64,000 nucleotides of DNA, taken from the NCBI GenBank assembly GCA_964437555.1, contig CAYTHI010000002.1, forward strand, positions 7,653-71,652. Reading direction: 5' to 3'. Made by a program: the position numbers and the translations under genes. The notes under the pieces were generated by a model. That model searched no databases. It saw only the letters and a program-made list of their open reading frames with translations, and had not been told where the DNA came from. Within the stretch, counting starts at the first letter, position 1, and each line of letters opens with the position of its first letter. This document shows, piece by piece, positions 62,292-64,000 of the stretch. This DNA comes from Candidatus Woesearchaeota archaeon. Its GTDB lineage: Archaea > Nanobdellota > Nanobdellia > Pacearchaeales > GW2011-AR1.

Positions 62292-63038
62292 TCACAGCTG
62301 AACTTTAGAAAAAATATAGCTTCCAAGAATTAACAATATTAATGAAAGGACTGATAGCACAAGCGCATCAATACCAACGCCAAAATGAGACATTCCTGTT
62401 AAAGCGCCTCTCAAGCCGTCAACTCCATAAGAAAGAGGATTGAATCTGGCAATTATATCCAACGCTATCGGTAAATCCTTCAAAGGATATAACGCTCCTG
62501 ACAAAAAGAATAAGGGCATGATAAGAAAGTTCAGGATGAGAGGAAATGCCTGCATATCTTCCATATTTGAAGCAATAACAACTCCAAAAGCAGTAAACAG
62601 GAATCCTATTAAAAACAAAAATAAGAAAGCTAAGGGCAGCATTAAAATGCTTACCGGTCTAAAACCGGCAATTAAACAAACTAAAAACACTAAAATTCCC
62701 TGCGCTATAGCAACTGTTGTGCCTCCTAATATTTTTCCTAAAGCTATTTCAAATCTTGGCACAGGAGCAACAAGAGTTTCTTTCAAAAATCCGATTTGCC
62801 TGTCCCAAATTATTTCCATGGCTGAAAAAGTAGCTGTAAATAAAACAGTCATTGCAATTATTCCGGAAGCTAAGAATTGCAGATAATCTCCCCCTCCGGC
62901 TTTAGCATAAATAGGGCCGAATCCGAAACCGAGAGCCAATAAAAATAAAATTGGCTGGCCTAAAGAGCCCGCCATTCTCCATTTTGTTCTCACATATCTC
63001 TTCAACTGCCTAAGCCAGAGAATATAAACTGCTTTCAT
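62292..63038 (-). CDS. ABC-2 type transporter permease
   Basis: 248 aa, 6 TM helices, ABC-2 N-terminal signature LRQLKRYVRTKWRM. Confidence 0.75.
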   Translation of the reverse strand: MKAVYILWLRQLKRYVRTKWRMAGSLGQPILFLLALGFGFGPIYAKAGGGDYLQFLASGIIAMTVLFTATFSAMEIIWDRQIGFLKETLVAPVPRFEIALGKILGGTTVAIAQGILVFLVCLIAGFRPVSILMLPLAFLFLFLIGFLFTAFGVVIASNMEDMQAFPLILNFLIMPLFFLSGALYPLKDLPIALDIIARFNPLSYGVDGLRGALTGMSHFGVGIDALVLSVLSLILLILGSYIFSKVQL

Positions 63039-63427
63039 TTTTGTTTTTTACCTCTATTAAATTTCACAAACTTAGAATACTTTCCCAAATTATCCATCAA
63101 TATCTTACAAAATTTTAAATTTGTTATTATATTTATGAAAATCTTTTCTTTTCCATAAAAAATCCCTGCCCTATTATCATTTGCCTCATAAGATTCATGC
63201 CAATCAATATAATTATCAATATCTTTCTTCTTCGAAATAAATTTATCGTTCTTATCAATATACTCCTCTCTATCAATATCTGGCATATTTTCAAAAGAAT
63301 TGTACATTGCCTCGCACAACCAATTAAAAAAATTCTTATTTTTTCTAACAATTATATAGGCATAATTAAAGTTTCCTTCATGAATATTGTCAATTCCCAA
63401 AATTTCTGTTTTTTCTATACTCTTCAT
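63035..63427 (-). CDS. Hypothetical protein sandwiched between the ABC ATPase and permease genes (4-bp overlaps on both sides)
   Basis: 130-aa ORF, translationally coupled within the ABC operon. Confidence 0.45.
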   Translation of the reverse strand: MKSIEKTEILGIDNIHEGNFNYAYIIVRKNKNFFNWLCEAMYNSFENMPDIDREEYIDKNDKFISKKKDIDNYIDWHESYEANDNRAGIFYGKEKIFINIITNLKFCKILMDNLGKYSKFVKFNRGKKQK

Positions 63428-64000
63428 ATCCTGCCCCAGCTTTTCGCCATCGCCCTTACCCTATCAATTGCTCCTGCGTTCTCTTTTCTTATAGTATGCC
63501 CTGTTAGTTTCAAAAACGCCTCTTCTATACTCTTGCTTTGGGTATGTTTTTTAATTTCATCAGGCGTTCCTCTGTAAGCAATTTTTCCGTAATCAATAAT
63601 AGCTATATGATTTGCATACCTTTCAGCTTCCTCCATGTTATGCGTTGTAAAAAACACAGTCATGTTTTCTTTTTTATTCAATTCTTTAATATAATTCCAT
63701 ATATGATTTCTTGTTTGCGGGTCAAGTCCGATAGTTGGCTCGTCCAAAAATAAGATTTTAGGATGATGTATCAATCCCCGAGCAATTTCAAGCCTTCTTT
63801 TCATTCCTCCTGAAAATGTTTTCACATAATCATCCTTTCTGTCCCATAATCCGACAAATTTAAGTAAAGATTCTATTTTGGGATTCATTGTTTTTTTGTC
63901 CACATCATACAGCATGGCATGAAATTGCATATTCTCATAAGAAGTCAGTTCATTGTCCAAGCTCACGTCCTGAAAAACAATTCCAAAAGATTTTCTGACA
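63424..64000 (-). CDS. ABC transporter ATP-binding protein, 5' end beyond the window
   Basis: ABC signature LSGGMKRRL (here FSGGMKRRL), Walker B ILFLDEPT, H-loop; the reading frame continues past position 64000 (upstream residues ...VRKSFGIVFQD). Confidence 0.8.
   Translation of the reverse strand, partial: VRKSFGIVFQDVSLDNELTSYENMQFHAMLYDVDKKTMNPKIESLLKFVGLWDRKDDYVKTFSGGMKRRLEIARGLIHHPKILFLDEPTIGLDPQTRNHIWNYIKELNKKENMTVFFTTHNMEEAERYANHIAIIDYGKIAYRGTPDEIKKHTQSKSIEEAFLKLTGHTIRKENAGAIDRVRAMAKSWGRI

Overview
This is an AT-rich, gene-dense, clearly archaeal window. The many small or split proteins fit a DPANN-type lineage, but that placement is inference. Archaeal markers read from the sequence: an MCM helicase interrupted by an intein with LAGLIDADG homing-endonuclease blocks, aRF1, aIF2-beta, aIF1A, NAC-alpha, ribosomal protein L15e, an unannotated Sec61-beta, an XerA-type tyrosine recombinase, a type IA topoisomerase, and two of three tRNAs carrying bulge-helix-bulge introns. 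Housekeeping content includes MetRS with its tRNA-binding C-terminal domain as a separate gene, a probable ValRS, a paralogous AsnRS/AspRS pair, FtsZ, a MinD-like ATPase, deoxyhypusine synthase, MnmA, a NOL1/NOP2/Sun methyltransferase and methionine aminopeptidase. Accessory and unusual content: a 1607-aa beta-helix/dockerin-like surface protein; a repeat-rich 2.8-kb island (12.66-15.45 kb) directly upstream of xerA, holding two copies of a GC-rich ~150-nt element, a 15-bp perfect inverted repeat bracketing a methyltransferase-like gene, tandem perfect hairpins and a dispersed att-like repeat family; a bacterial-type ECF sigma-70 gene in archaeal context; RelE-like and MazEF toxin-antitoxin modules plus orphan antitoxin-like ORFs; two homopolymer frameshifted genes; and a GC-rich roughly 430-nt stretch after the RPA-like gene that may be a structured RNA. 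Identifications of divergent families are tentative and no database searches were run.
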